Assembly (NCBI GenBank): GCA_965204345.1
Contig: OZ241981.1
Coordinates: 1,056,001-1,120,000, forward strand
Reading direction: 5' to 3'
Source of the DNA: Nitrosopumilus sp.
Lineage (GTDB): Archaea > Thermoproteota > Nitrososphaeria > Nitrososphaerales > Nitrosopumilaceae
Length of the DNA stretch: 64,000 nt
In this document: positions 17,910 to 28,505 of the stretch, piece after piece
Position numbering within the stretch: the stretch's first letter is position 1
How the letters are laid out: the number at the start of each line of letters is the position of its first letter
Notes under the pieces: generated by a model
Seen by the model: the letters and a program-made list of their open reading frames with translations, nothing else
Database searches by the model: none
What the model was told of the DNA's origin: nothing
Translations under genes and position numbers: made by a program

Positions 17910-18782
17910 TCAGTCAAGCATGCACGCACCAAAGACGCCTGCAGAATCGCCCAGTTTGTTTTTCAATATTGGCGTATCAACAATATCTGAGAAGACCTTG
18001 GCATGAACCGATTCCTTTCCTTCAGTATACAAAAAATCAATGTTTGACAGGCCTCCGCCCAAAACAATTGCATCCGGATCCAAAATGTCAATTACATTTG
18101 CAAGACCGTGCCCAAAATTTTCTAAAAATTCATGCTTCCACTGCTTACCTGCTGCTGCACTATCAACATTACAAAGAATCTCCGGCATGGTTTTAGACTC
18201 ACCAGTTAATTTGGTCCATCTGCTTTCAAGTGCACGACCGCTAATGTAGGTCTCAACACATCCGGTTTTACCACAGTAGCAGGGATTTCCATTATGATGT
18301 AATGTATGATGGCCCCACTCTCCCCCAATGTTGGTCCTTCCAGGATAGAGTTTCTTATCAATGACGATTCCGCCGCCCACTCCAGTTCCAATAATAACAC
18401 CAAAAACTAAATCATAGTCAGCTGCCACACCTAGCGTTGTTTCAGCCATTGTAAAACAGTTAGCGTCATTTTCCATGGAAATTTTTTTTCCAAGCTTATT
18501 TTCCAGATCCTTTTTGAATGGCTTTCCAATCAAGCATTGCGTGTTGCTATTTTTGATCAGTCCGCTCTGCTTAGAAACTGCGCCAGGCGTACAAACACCT
18601 AATGAAAAATCAGAGATGTTCTGTGATAGATCTAAGACAAGTGAGGAGATTGAATCAAGAATTTGATCATAGTCACTTTGGGGTGTTGGAATTCTTTTTC
18701 GTTTGATAACGCCATAATTCTCATCTAATAAAACTGCCTCTATCTTAGTTCCACCTAGATCTACGCCAAGTTTGTACCGCAA
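17910..18782 (-). CDS. ROK family sugar kinase
   Basis: GVDLGGTK, ENDANC, GTGVGGG, GEWGH..CYCGKTGCVE. Confidence 0.93.
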   Translation of the reverse strand: MRYKLGVDLGGTKIEAVLLDENYGVIKRKRIPTPQSDYDQILDSISSLVLDLSQNISDFSLGVCTPGAVSKQSGLIKNSNTQCLIGKPFKKDLENKLGKKISMENDANCFTMAETTLGVAADYDLVFGVIIGTGVGGGIVIDKKLYPGRTNIGGEWGHHTLHHNGNPCYCGKTGCVETYISGRALESRWTKLTGESKTMPEILCNVDSAAAGKQWKHEFLENFGHGLANVIDILDPDAIVLGGGLSNIDFLYTEGKESVHAKVFSDIVDTPILKNKLGDSAGVFGACMLD

Positions 18783-18823
18783 TTATTTACAAGAATTAAA
18801 GTGCCTGAGCTTTAATTAAAATT

Positions 18824-20461
18824 TTATCCCATTGGAGGCATGCCGCCACCGCCTGGTGCTCCGCCGCCAGGAGCTCCTGATATGGAAATGACATCGTCAA
18901 TTCTAAGTACCATGCATGATGCCTCAGTAGCAGATTTTATAATTTGCTCCTTTACTGCAATTGGTTCTACTACAGCAATTCCCATCATGTCAGATATCTT
19001 CATATTTCTGGCATCAATTCCGGTCCATTTTTGGCCCTGATTGTGTTTTGCTATAAGATTGGCCATCGTATCAATAGGATCCATTCCTGCATTTTCAGCA
19101 ATAGTCAACGGAATTGTTTCTAATGCTTCGGCATATTTTTTAATTGCAAGCTGTTCCCTGCCATCGAAATTATCTGCCCAATCCTTGAGTACCGAGGCTG
19201 CAAATGCTTCTGGGGCACCTCCTCCTGCCACTATAGCTGGTTTTTCAATTACGTCTTTTACGACCATCAAGGAATCATGAATGGAACGATCAACCTCATC
19301 AATTACCCTTTGAGTCCCACCCCGAATTAACAGTGTAACTGACTGGGGATGTTTGCATCCTTCAATGAAAACCCATTTGTCAGATTCAATTTTCTTTTGC
19401 TGTGCCAGGTCAGCAGAGCCAAGATCATTTTCTGAGAGATCATCAAGATTGCTAATTACACGCCCTCCGGTGGCTTTGGAGAGTTTAATCATATCACTTT
19501 CTTTGACACGGCGCACTGCCATAATGCCATATTTTGCCAGATAATGCTGCGAGATATCATCAATTCCTTTCTGACAAATTAATACATTGACGCCTACGTC
19601 ATGCAGCTTATCAACCATCGTTTTTAGCATCCTGTTTTCCTCCTCTAGGAACATCTGCATTTGTGTTGGATCAGTAATTTTAATTTCTGAACTAAGTTCG
19701 GTTTTTTCAATTTCTAATGCCGAATTAATTAATGCAATTTTTGCCCTTTCAATTTTTGTTGGCATTCCACTATGAACAATCTCTTTGTCTAAAACAATTC
19801 CTTTTACAACCTGTGTATCATCAATTGAGCCGCCAGCCTTTTTTTCTACTTTAATATTCTCAAGGTCAACAGAGTAGGCATCATCCTTTTTTGTTGCAAT
19901 GCTTAGCACTGCATCGACAATAATTTTTGAAAGTAACGAGCTATCTTCAGAAATCAGTTTTGATTGCATGCTAGTAGTTGCAATTTTGATAAGAGATTCT
20001 CGGTCATCAGGTTGGATTTTCTTTGCTAATTCAGAGTAGATTTCAAGGACCTTATCTGATGCTGCCTGATATCCATCAATAATAGTTGATGCGTGAACAT
20101 CCTTTTTGAGAAGATCCTCTGCTCTTGCTAGCAATGCACCGCCAAAGATAACAGATGATGTTGTACCGTCACCTACCTCATTGTCTACAGTTTTAGAAAC
20201 CTCAACCATCATTTTTGCTGCCGGATGCTGAACGTCAATTTCTTTTAGGATGGTTGCACCGTCATTTGTAATTGTAACATCACCTAATGAGTCAACCAGC
20301 ATTTTATCAAGGCCCCTAGGTCCAAGGCTGCTTCTAACTAATTGTGCAACTAGCTTGGCTGCTGCGATGTTATTTTGTTGAGCATCCTTGCCTTTTTGTT
20401 GTAACGCACTTTCTTTAAGAACTAAGACAGGTCCATTTGGTCCTTGCTGAATTGATGCCAT
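18824..20461 (-). CDS. thermosome (group II chaperonin) subunit
   Basis: [26 protein letters not shown]. Confidence 0.97.
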   Translation of the reverse strand: MASIQQGPNGPVLVLKESALQQKGKDAQQNNIAAAKLVAQLVRSSLGPRGLDKMLVDSLGDVTITNDGATILKEIDVQHPAAKMMVEVSKTVDNEVGDGTTSSVIFGGALLARAEDLLKKDVHASTIIDGYQAASDKVLEIYSELAKKIQPDDRESLIKIATTSMQSKLISEDSSLLSKIIVDAVLSIATKKDDAYSVDLENIKVEKKAGGSIDDTQVVKGIVLDKEIVHSGMPTKIERAKIALINSALEIEKTELSSEIKITDPTQMQMFLEEENRMLKTMVDKLHDVGVNVLICQKGIDDISQHYLAKYGIMAVRRVKESDMIKLSKATGGRVISNLDDLSENDLGSADLAQQKKIESDKWVFIEGCKHPQSVTLLIRGGTQRVIDEVDRSIHDSLMVVKDVIEKPAIVAGGGAPEAFAASVLKDWADNFDGREQLAIKKYAEALETIPLTIAENAGMDPIDTMANLIAKHNQGQKWTGIDARNMKISDMMGIAVVEPIAVKEQIIKSATEASCMVLRIDDVISISGAPGGGAPGGGGMPPMG

Positions 20462-20505
20462 TTAGATTCAGTTTCAATCCGCTAAATCCCCCTTTTTAAC
20501 ATTAC

Positions 20506-22269
20506 TTAGTTGATCGGTGAAATGTAGCTCCGTTTTTTCACATCAACGATACCGCCAGAAAGAATTCGAACTGAGGGCAAGGCCAAAAAAGGCAGAAACA
20601 AAGGAATGAGGTGAGGCTTGGAAAATTTAGAGCCAGAATCAACAATGACATCATTGATTTTTTGGAAGTTGGATGAAACCCTTTCAAAGGGTTCAGTTGA
20701 AACAATTCCTCCAAACTGCAGTGGCAATGAGGCAATAATTTTTCCGGATTTAACAACTACAAGTCCGCCTTGATTTCTGATAAGATGGTTAGATGCAACT
20801 GCCATATCAGAATCATTTGAACCAATGACAATCATATCGTTTTCGTGGAAACTCCAAGTTGAAGCAAATGCCCCTATATCTGCGCCAAAATTTTCAAGAA
20901 AGCCAATGGCATGCTTATTGGTCCGGTGAATTCTGTCAAATGCTGCAACCTTCCAGATATCAGAATCCGGCGAGGATGATACGCAGCCATCTTTTGGGTG
21001 AAGCTCAGCGGAGCCTATCTTTGTAATAATCTCTGTCTGCATGGAAATGGTATTTGCAACGACATCTCTCTTCTTTGATTTTACAAGAAAATCATTTTTA
21101 GAGAAATTTTTTAGCCTTACGGTATTTTTGGCCCAGGAAGAGATTATTTTCTTTCTAATAGGAGTGACAATTCGCCCATTAGATACTACAAGTTTCCCTC
21201 CAACAAAGACCTTGTTTGGCCTGAATGATTTCAAGTCATCAAGGATTAAAATGTCTGCTAATTTTCCAGGCGCTATTCCACCAAGATCTTTTCCCATGTT
21301 ATAATAATCAAAATTATTCTTTGATGCCATTGTAATTGCATCTATGGGTTTCAGTCCAAGTCTGACAGACTCGCGTATGCAGTGATCTATGTGTCCAAAT
21401 CTGGAAATATCAAGAGGATCAAGTCCGTCAGAGCAGAACATTAAGCGATCAATATATGTCCCATGAGATAAGACACGGGGAATTATTTCTTTTAAATCAC
21501 GTCGAATTGATCCCTCCCTGATCATTATCCACATTCCAAGACGTAGTCTTTCTAAAACCTGATCAAAGTTAATTGGTTCATGACAAGACAGTACGCCAGA
21601 AGAGATGTAAGCATTAAGCTTTTTTTCACTTGCACCAGCAGTGTGTCCATTAATTATGCAATCACATTCTAGCATTGCTGAGAGTGATTTCATGGTTTTT
21701 GGTTCACGTAGAGTGACTTTGGTCCATGAAAAGACCTCGCCCATTCCAAGTACGTGCGGATGTTTGACTGCAGATTTTTCTTGTGATACAGTTAGTGACT
21801 TGCTATTACTGAATTTTTCATCCACAGGCAATCCTCCCGGAACCACCTGAAAGATCCTGATTGGGAGATCTTCCCCAAGTTTAAGAAATTCTTTAAAGCC
21901 CTGATTTCCTCCCACACAGACAATGTCAATTGGATCAGAAAAAAGGGAAGTAACGCCACAAAGCAAGGCCTGTTTTGCAAATTCAGATGGCAAAACAAAT
22001 TGATCAATATGCAAATGGGGATCTGCAAAGCCAGGACTGACATATTTTTCTTTTACATCAATTACAATAGTCTTTGGTCCAGCTGTATGTGTTGCATCCG
22101 GGCCAACATATGCAATTCTTTGATTTACAATGGCAATCTGAATTTTTGGAATAATCTCTCTGGTGTAAACAGACAGTAATCTACAATTTTTTAAAATCAG
22201 ATCGGCTTTCTTATCACCCATTGCCACTGAGTTAAGAACAGAGATCGAATTTGCTAGGCTCAAAGTCAC
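20506..22269 (-). CDS. ade: adenine deaminase
   Basis: PGFADPHLH, GH, HE, REGS, GGIAPGKLAD, C-terminal adenine deaminase domain. Confidence 0.88.
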   Translation of the reverse strand: MTLSLANSISVLNSVAMGDKKADLILKNCRLLSVYTREIIPKIQIAIVNQRIAYVGPDATHTAGPKTIVIDVKEKYVSPGFADPHLHIDQFVLPSEFAKQALLCGVTSLFSDPIDIVCVGGNQGFKEFLKLGEDLPIRIFQVVPGGLPVDEKFSNSKSLTVSQEKSAVKHPHVLGMGEVFSWTKVTLREPKTMKSLSAMLECDCIINGHTAGASEKKLNAYISSGVLSCHEPINFDQVLERLRLGMWIMIREGSIRRDLKEIIPRVLSHGTYIDRLMFCSDGLDPLDISRFGHIDHCIRESVRLGLKPIDAITMASKNNFDYYNMGKDLGGIAPGKLADILILDDLKSFRPNKVFVGGKLVVSNGRIVTPIRKKIISSWAKNTVRLKNFSKNDFLVKSKKRDVVANTISMQTEIITKIGSAELHPKDGCVSSSPDSDIWKVAAFDRIHRTNKHAIGFLENFGADIGAFASTWSFHENDMIVIGSNDSDMAVASNHLIRNQGGLVVVKSGKIIASLPLQFGGIVSTEPFERVSSNFQKINDVIVDSGSKFSKPHLIPLFLPFLALPSVRILSGGIVDVKKRSYISPIN

Positions 22270-22339
22270 ATCTTTTTGTTGGATTTTGTGCCTATTATAG
22301 ATTCAATGCTTAAATTACGGATGAAGAGGTTTTGTTGAT

Positions 22340-22621
22340 ATGAACATTCCTAAGGTGATCCGAAAGTATTGTGCAAAATGTAAGACACATACTGAGCAAA
22401 AGGTCTCCATTTACAAGGCTGGAAAAAGGCGTGGCTCTGCAAGGGGTGAGCGCAGGCATGCAGAACGTAAAGAGGGATATGGTGGGCAAAAATTCCCAAA
22501 ACTGGCAAAGCCGGCCAAGGTTACAAAGAAGGTAACTCCTCTTATGACATGTACTGTTTGTAAAAAGAAATACAATAAAAAAGGCGTTAGAATTAAGAAA
22601 TTTGAGTTGGTAGCAGCATGA
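22340..22621 (+). CDS. rpl44e: 50S ribosomal protein L44e
   Basis: YCAKCKTHT, GYGGQKFP, KVTKK. Confidence 0.96.
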   Translation: MNIPKVIRKYCAKCKTHTEQKVSIYKAGKRRGSARGERRHAERKEGYGGQKFPKLAKPAKVTKKVTPLMTCTVCKKKYNKKGVRIKKFELVAA

Positions 22622-22812
22622 AAAAAGATCACGTTGAAATCCCAAAGCCCTCAAGTAATTTTCAAAGGGTCAATTGTAATGAATGTGGGGAGCTGCAAGT
22701 AATTTATTCACATGCATCAACGCAAATTGCATGCAATTCCTGTGGCAATACTATTTCAGAGCCAACAGGCTCAAAAGCTATGATAAATGGCAAGATCTTA
22801 GGCAGTGCCTAG
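22618..22812 (+). CDS. rps27e: 30S ribosomal protein S27e
   Basis: P.S.F..V.CNECG...IYSHAST...CNSCG...PTG. Confidence 0.95.
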   Translation: MKKDHVEIPKPSSNFQRVNCNECGELQVIYSHASTQIACNSCGNTISEPTGSKAMINGKILGSA

Positions 22813-23382
22813 TAAATCATAATCCTGCTTGGAGTTTAGATTAAAGGCGATTCTCTTATCGTCGATTATGACATAATTTTCTTCTAAATGTTCCAATGAA
22901 GAAATATCCTCTGAATTAACCAAAGAAATTCCAGCATAATGACATTTTTGTCCATTGTAATTTACAGATAAATCCGATTCAAGCCCAAGAGAAGTTAAAA
23001 ACTTGTTTGTAACAAGGATGCTAGTCCAAGTTTTTGTAGCATCAAAGTAAGTAAGAATATTTTGTATTATCTCCACATCCAAAAGGGGCAAGTCTCCGGA
23101 TGTAACTAGAACCTTGTCACGAATGGTCTTTAGTACAGAATTTAGATCTTTGGCATAACCAATTCCAAAAGTATCAAAAGTTTCAACATTATTTTCCTCA
23201 AGAAATTTTTTTGTTTTTGGAGAATTGGAGCTAGTTATTGCCAATATTTTTGAAAAGGAATTTGAGTCATGTAATGAATCAATTACGTGAAGAATTACTG
23301 GTTTTTTATATTTAAGCAGTAATTTTTCTTGATCTAGATTCATCCTGGTTCCCTTGCCGCCTGCCATTACAAGCCCAATCAT
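22798..23382 (-). CDS. cobY: adenosylcobinamide-phosphate guanylyltransferase (NTP transferase)
   Basis: MAGGKGTRM...EK.LL, GDLPL, NLN; last gene of the cob operon. Confidence 0.85.
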   Translation of the reverse strand: MIGLVMAGGKGTRMNLDQEKLLLKYKKPVILHVIDSLHDSNSFSKILAITSSNSPKTKKFLEENNVETFDTFGIGYAKDLNSVLKTIRDKVLVTSGDLPLLDVEIIQNILTYFDATKTWTSILVTNKFLTSLGLESDLSVNYNGQKCHYAGISLVNSEDISSLEHLEENYVIIDDKRIAFNLNSKQDYDLLGTA

Positions 23383-24104
23383 ACTGAAACAAACACCATC
23401 AAAGAGGCTAACCGTGTGAATTCATTGGTAGCACCAAGTACGTCGCCGGTTATCCCGCCAAAACTGCGAGCAGATAAGGCCAGCAGAAACAATGTCAGAA
23501 TAATAGTTGCTCCAAGCATTACAAGTCCGGTAGTTTCACCAATTAATACTACTGGAACTAGCATTATGAGAAAAGCGGCTGATATCTTTTTCTTGTCTTT
23601 CATAAATGCAACAAAGGGCGAATTTGACCCTAGCGAAGCGGATTTGCCCATACTGGCCATCAGCACCATGGAGAATTTTGCTAGAATCTCGCTAATCAAG
23701 ACAGCCTTGAACAAATCAAGCCCACTTGTCATGGAAATGGTAATTATCAAGCCGACAAGATACAAGACAATTGCAACAATTCCTGCCGAACCAGTGGAAA
23801 GATCCTTCATGGCTTGAAGTTTTTTATCCTTGGTACCTTTTGCCATAAGGCCGTCTGCAAAATCTGCTAGGCCATCTGCATGATGTATGCCAGTTACAAT
23901 TGCAATAGAGGCAACAACCAATAAGCTGACTAGCAAGGGTTCGAGGATCAAGGATAGCCCAAATCCCAATGAACCAATTAACAGTCCAATTGCAATTCCT
24001 ACCAGGGGGAAAACAAACATGTACTTTGCAATATTTTCCAATGTTGCATTTGGTGATGGAAAGATTGTTAAGAACGAAAAAACAGAGCCGATTTCTTTAA
24101 GCAT
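23379..24104 (-). CDS. cobS: adenosylcobinamide-GDP ribazoletransferase
   Basis: FLTIFP, TGIHHADGLADFADG, MKD, GGITGDVLGA. Confidence 0.95.
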   Translation of the reverse strand: MLKEIGSVFSFLTIFPSPNATLENIAKYMFVFPLVGIAIGLLIGSLGFGLSLILEPLLVSLLVVASIAIVTGIHHADGLADFADGLMAKGTKDKKLQAMKDLSTGSAGIVAIVLYLVGLIITISMTSGLDLFKAVLISEILAKFSMVLMASMGKSASLGSNSPFVAFMKDKKKISAAFLIMLVPVVLIGETTGLVMLGATIILTLFLLALSARSFGGITGDVLGATNEFTRLASLMVFVSV

Positions 24105-25074
24105 GTATCCACCATCCAGTTATTGACAAGATAGTAATTATTGGAACAGTTACGATTCCAAAAAACAGTATAGAAGTGAGTTTCATAATTGAAATTGCAG
24201 AATGTACGTGTTCTTTTGTAAGAATTGTTTGGCCATCACCTAGTTGGTAGTGATTAATTTTTTCAAATCTTGTTTCCAGGGCTCCGGCCAAGGCAGCCAT
24301 GGGGTATCCTGCATTTGGACTTTGAGTTTTTTTGCCATCACTAATCATTACTTTGTAAGATTTTCTCCAATTATTTTGCAAAATTGCAGCCGAAATGATC
24401 ATGACTAGTCCTGTAAGTCTGGATGGAATATAGTTTAAGATGCTATCACAGTTTGCTGCAAACCAACCAATATTCTTGAAGATGTCTGTCTTGTAGCCAA
24501 TCATTGAATCTGCTGTATTTACTACGCGATAAACAAATGCGCCAGGCAAGCCCAACAAAGCATAGTAAAATAATGGGCCGGTAATTCCATCAACTGTGTT
24601 TTCACTGATACTCTCAAGCACGCCTGAGATAATGTGATTCTTGTCCAAATTCTTGGTATTTCTCTTTACAATCATAGATAAATGGGCTCTAGCTGCATCA
24701 AGATTTTCCTCGTCAATAGATTCCAATACAGAAATGGCATGTTTTTCCATTCCACGAATGGCAATTGTGGTTTTTAGCAGGATGCTGCCAGCAATCACCG
24801 AACCAGCTAATAAAACCAGTTCAATGGTAATCAGGGATGATATTCCAGCATCCAGTGCGAAAAGCAGCAAGACAACTGCACCACAAGTAATTCCCACAAC
24901 ACACATGCCGCCAAGTTTTTCTATAATTGCATGATCATTTTTTGCCATGGGAGCAAGTTTGGCAATCAAAGAACCAATCCAAGCTGTCGGATGATACTTG
25001 TTTTTGGGATCTCCAAATTTCAAATCAAGTAAAACTGCAAGACCAACAACAAGTAAGGATTCTACAACAGTCAT
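24097..25074 (-). CDS. cbiB: adenosylcobinamide-phosphate synthase
   Basis: D...GDP....HP, ESISENTVDG, NTADSMIGY, SPNAGYPMAA. Confidence 0.95.
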   Translation of the reverse strand: MTVVESLLVVGLAVLLDLKFGDPKNKYHPTAWIGSLIAKLAPMAKNDHAIIEKLGGMCVVGITCGAVVLLLFALDAGISSLITIELVLLAGSVIAGSILLKTTIAIRGMEKHAISVLESIDEENLDAARAHLSMIVKRNTKNLDKNHIISGVLESISENTVDGITGPLFYYALLGLPGAFVYRVVNTADSMIGYKTDIFKNIGWFAANCDSILNYIPSRLTGLVMIISAAILQNNWRKSYKVMISDGKKTQSPNAGYPMAALAGALETRFEKINHYQLGDGQTILTKEHVHSAISIMKLTSILFFGIVTVPIITILSITGWWIHA

Positions 25075-25910
25075 TGTAACATTCTCTCAATGGATTTTAT
25101 GTCAATGCTAGATTTTACAGTTTTTGCCAGCATGCCTAATTGATGATCAATCTTTGAAAGATTTTTCCTAGTCCATTTAATCTCTTTGGGATTGGCATGG
25201 AGTGAATCCTCTTCTGGTAGATCCAAATTCATTAACGGAATAGTTCCCATTACAGGAATCTTTGTAATGTTTTCAAGTCTCTTAAATCCAGGTTTTAAAA
25301 CTTTTAAATCTCCTCTGAATTTGTTTAATACAAAACCTTTTACAAATTGTTGGTATTTTTTTTCGATTAGAGCCATCGTTCCAACAAGGCTGGCAAAAGA
25401 TCCTCCCTTGTCTATATCTGAAACTAGTAGTACAGAGGCACCAGCCTTTTGGGCAATTTTCATGTTTGCAATGTCATATTTTTGTAAATTGATTTCTGCA
25501 GGAGAGCCAGCACCTTCTAAAATTACCAAGTCATTGTTCTTTTGTAGTGTTCTTAGGGATTTTGTTGCAATTTTAATTCCTTCATGGTTTACAAATTTTT
25601 CATAGTATTCCTTTGCATGCATTCTCTTGTAGCGCTTCCCATTGAGATAGAGGACACTGCTGTAATTGCCAATAGGCTTGAGTAAAATTGGATTAAGGTC
25701 GGCAGTAATTTCGCACCTTGAGCCCATAGCTTGGATAGCTTGAGCACGAGATATCTCAAGTTCAGGCGTAGCATATGCAAAATTAGACATGTTTTGAGAT
25801 TTGAATGGCGCTACACGATAGCCTTTATCAGAGAAAATTCTGCATAGTGCAGCCACCAGTGTTGTTTTGCCTGCACCAGACGATGTGCCCTGAATCATCA
25901 AAGATTTCAA
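25071..25910 (-). CDS. cbiP: cobyric acid synthase, synthetase domain only
   Basis: GTSSGAGKT, PFKSQNMS, NPILLKP, EGAGSPAEIN, NKFRGD, LPEEDS; only 279 aa with no glutaminase domain. Confidence 0.9.
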   Translation of the reverse strand: MKSLMIQGTSSGAGKTTLVAALCRIFSDKGYRVAPFKSQNMSNFAYATPELEISRAQAIQAMGSRCEITADLNPILLKPIGNYSSVLYLNGKRYKRMHAKEYYEKFVNHEGIKIATKSLRTLQKNNDLVILEGAGSPAEINLQKYDIANMKIAQKAGASVLLVSDIDKGGSFASLVGTMALIEKKYQQFVKGFVLNKFRGDLKVLKPGFKRLENITKIPVMGTIPLMNLDLPEEDSLHANPKEIKWTRKNLSKIDHQLGMLAKTVKSSIDIKSIERMLQ

Positions 25911-26989
25911 TTGACATTCTCCAATGCTTTTACTAGTTTTAGATTCTCTTTATGAGATTTGACGGCGATACGAATATGGTGATTGCTTAGACCCCTAAAA
26001 TTTTTACAGTCACGTACTAGAATCTTCTGTCCGAGTAATTTTTTTTGCAAGCTCGTTGAATTTTTTTTTGTTTTAATCAGAATAAAATTTGTGGATGATT
26101 TGCTGCAATCAAAACCATCCAACCGGCTGATTTTGTTTGTCAAATAGTCTAATTCTTTTTTTATTACCAAGTTAGATTTTGTAATATGTGATTTATTTTT
26201 GAGGGCAGTGTTAGCTGCGTCTTGGGCTAAAGAATTCACGCTCCATGGAATTTTAATTTTCTGCAGTATTTTTATCATGTGTTCTGATGATGCAGCATAC
26301 CCAATTCTTATTCCTGGCAATGCAAAAGATTTAGTCAATGAACGTAAAACAAAAAGATTATCATGTTTTTTAACATATGAGATTACAGATTCGTTTGATT
26401 CTGGAACCATTTCGATAAAACACTCATCAACAAACACAATTGTGGAAAGTTTCTTTGCTTTTTTAATAATTTGGAGTATTTGGCGTTTTTCTAATAGTTT
26501 TCCTGTGGGATTGTTGGGATTACAGATGAAGATACAGCCATTTTTTGGAATCTTTGAGATAAGTTGATCAAGGTTTTCTGACAGATTCATTGTTTTAAAA
26601 TATGAAATATGGCAATTGTTTAGTTTAGCTGCTGTCTCATATTCTTGAAAAGTTGGGATCGGAATCAAAACCTTAGTTTTTTCAGATAAAAATGCAAAAC
26701 AGAAATTGTAGATTATTTCAATTGCGCCATTGCCGACTAAAAGATTTGGCTTCTCTAACTGCGTGTATTTTTTTAGGCTCAAAACAACAGCAGATGAACT
26801 AAAATCAGGATAGTTCTCGATATTTTTGATATTTTTTTTAAGGATTTTTTTTACTGACGTTGGGGTTCCGATAGGGGAAATATTTGAGCTAAAATCAATA
26901 ATACCTGAATCAGTGCTTTGAAGGGTATTTTTTCCACCATGAACTACAGGTATATGTCTGGTGATGGAGGGTTTTGTCCGTATTTTCAC
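25907..26989 (-). CDS. cobD: L-threonine-O-3-phosphate decarboxylase (HisC-like PLP enzyme)
   Basis: HGG, DFSSNISP, NPNNPTG, VDECF, SLTKSFALPGIRIGY; first gene of the cob operon. GTG start at 26989 preferred. Confidence 0.82.
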   Translation of the reverse strand: MKIRTKPSITRHIPVVHGGKNTLQSTDSGIIDFSSNISPIGTPTSVKKILKKNIKNIENYPDFSSSAVVLSLKKYTQLEKPNLLVGNGAIEIIYNFCFAFLSEKTKVLIPIPTFQEYETAAKLNNCHISYFKTMNLSENLDQLISKIPKNGCIFICNPNNPTGKLLEKRQILQIIKKAKKLSTIVFVDECFIEMVPESNESVISYVKKHDNLFVLRSLTKSFALPGIRIGYAASSEHMIKILQKIKIPWSVNSLAQDAANTALKNKSHITKSNLVIKKELDYLTNKISRLDGFDCSKSSTNFILIKTKKNSTSLQKKLLGQKILVRDCKNFRGLSNHHIRIAVKSHKENLKLVKALENVN

Positions 26990-27357
26990 AGTTCCAAATA
27001 GAATTTGCCGATTTAGTATGTTGTGGTAATCCAGAAAACGATTACTGTGGGGCAAAAGGATTCGGTGTAATATTTGGGATCAAATATGATTAAGACTTGG
27101 CAAATTGCTCTGACAATATGAAAATTTAGTTGAATGGATGGTATGGGGAGGAGGAAAATTAAAGCCAGCAGGACATCTGCATATCTTGCGGGAAGAAGCG
27201 CCGTATGCCTGCTGAGAAGAGTCATGAATTTATCTTGGATGTTTTTAGCAAACAAGCTAAAAGCATCATTTGTCTGGGATATTTCTGATAACTGATACAG
27301 AACATGAATAAAAATACCCATAATAACGATTATAATTGAAGACGAACATTATCGTAT

Positions 27358-28434
27358 ATGGACAAGAAGAGAGTGGCAATTATTGGGGTTACAGGTTCTG
27401 TAGGTCAGGAATTTGTGCAGTCATTAAATAACCACCCATGGTTTGAAGTGACTCAAATTGCTGCATCTGAGCGTTCGGCAGGAAAAAACTATCTTGATGC
27501 AATAAAGGATGCAAGTGGGATAGTAGCATGGGATGTAGGTGGTGAAATTCCAGAATATATCAAAAAAATGACAGTAAAGAAAATTGATGAATTAGATGTT
27601 TCCCAATTGGACTTGGTATTTTCAGCAGTTGAATCAGTAGCTGCCAGAGACATAGAGACCAAGATGGCAGCAGATTTACCAGTAATTTCAACTAGTTCAG
27701 CATATAGATATGAAGAGGATGTGCCGATTCTAATTCCAGGTATTAACGATGAACAAACAGAGTTACTTGAAACGCAAAAGAGGAACAGGAATTGGAAAGG
27801 GTGGGTAGCACCATTGCCAAATTGCACTACAACAGGTTTAGTAATCACATTAAAACCATTGCTGGAAAAATATGGAGCAACAAAAGTTATGATGACTTCC
27901 ATGCAAGCAATATCTGGAGGAGGCAAGTCAGGAGTGTCAGCTATGGGAATTACAGATAATATCATTCCTTTCATTCCAAATGAAGAAAGAAAAGTTAGAT
28001 TAGAAACAAGGAAAATTTTAGGCAGGCTAAAAGACGGAAAAATTGAAGATGCAGATATCAGAATCAGTTGTACCTGTACAAGAGTTCCAGTAATTGACGG
28101 ACATACAGAATCAGTCTTTGTTGAGACAAAGGAGAAAATTGATCCTTTAAAGGCCAAAGAGACCTACAGTGAGTATAACAGAAATATTTCAGTAACAGGA
28201 CTGCCATCGGCTCCAGAAAAATACTATGCATTTCATGAAGATCCAACCAGACCTCAACCAAGAATGGAGAGAACCGTCGGTGATGGAATGACTACAACAA
28301 TTGGAAGAGTAGAAAAAGAAGAATTATTTGATAATGGTCTCAAATACATGTTGTTCTCACATAACAAAAAAATGGGTTCGGCAAAAGGCGCAGTTTTGTT
28401 AGCAGAAATGTTATACAAAAAAGGCAAGATTTAG
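27358..28434 (+). CDS. asd: aspartate-semialdehyde dehydrogenase
   Basis: GVTGSVGQ, PNCTT, QAISGGG, RVPVIDGH, HN...GSA. Confidence 0.96.
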   Translation: MDKKRVAIIGVTGSVGQEFVQSLNNHPWFEVTQIAASERSAGKNYLDAIKDASGIVAWDVGGEIPEYIKKMTVKKIDELDVSQLDLVFSAVESVAARDIETKMAADLPVISTSSAYRYEEDVPILIPGINDEQTELLETQKRNRNWKGWVAPLPNCTTTGLVITLKPLLEKYGATKVMMTSMQAISGGGKSGVSAMGITDNIIPFIPNEERKVRLETRKILGRLKDGKIEDADIRISCTCTRVPVIDGHTESVFVETKEKIDPLKAKETYSEYNRNISVTGLPSAPEKYYAFHEDPTRPQPRMERTVGDGMTTTIGRVEKEELFDNGLKYMLFSHNKKMGSAKGAVLLAEMLYKKGKI

Positions 28435-28505
28435 AGAATTTTTTGCAATTTTTACAATAATAACTTTATAAGATCCAGAAATCTAGATCGACTCAGATGT
28501 TTTAG

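Noticed and set aside
26990-27340. Canonical cobalamin riboswitch, RNase P RNA or SRP RNA; also ORF 27013-27321
   Set aside because: No B12 box on the cob strand and no RNase P P4 or SRP helix-8 motifs; the ORF has no recognisable features.
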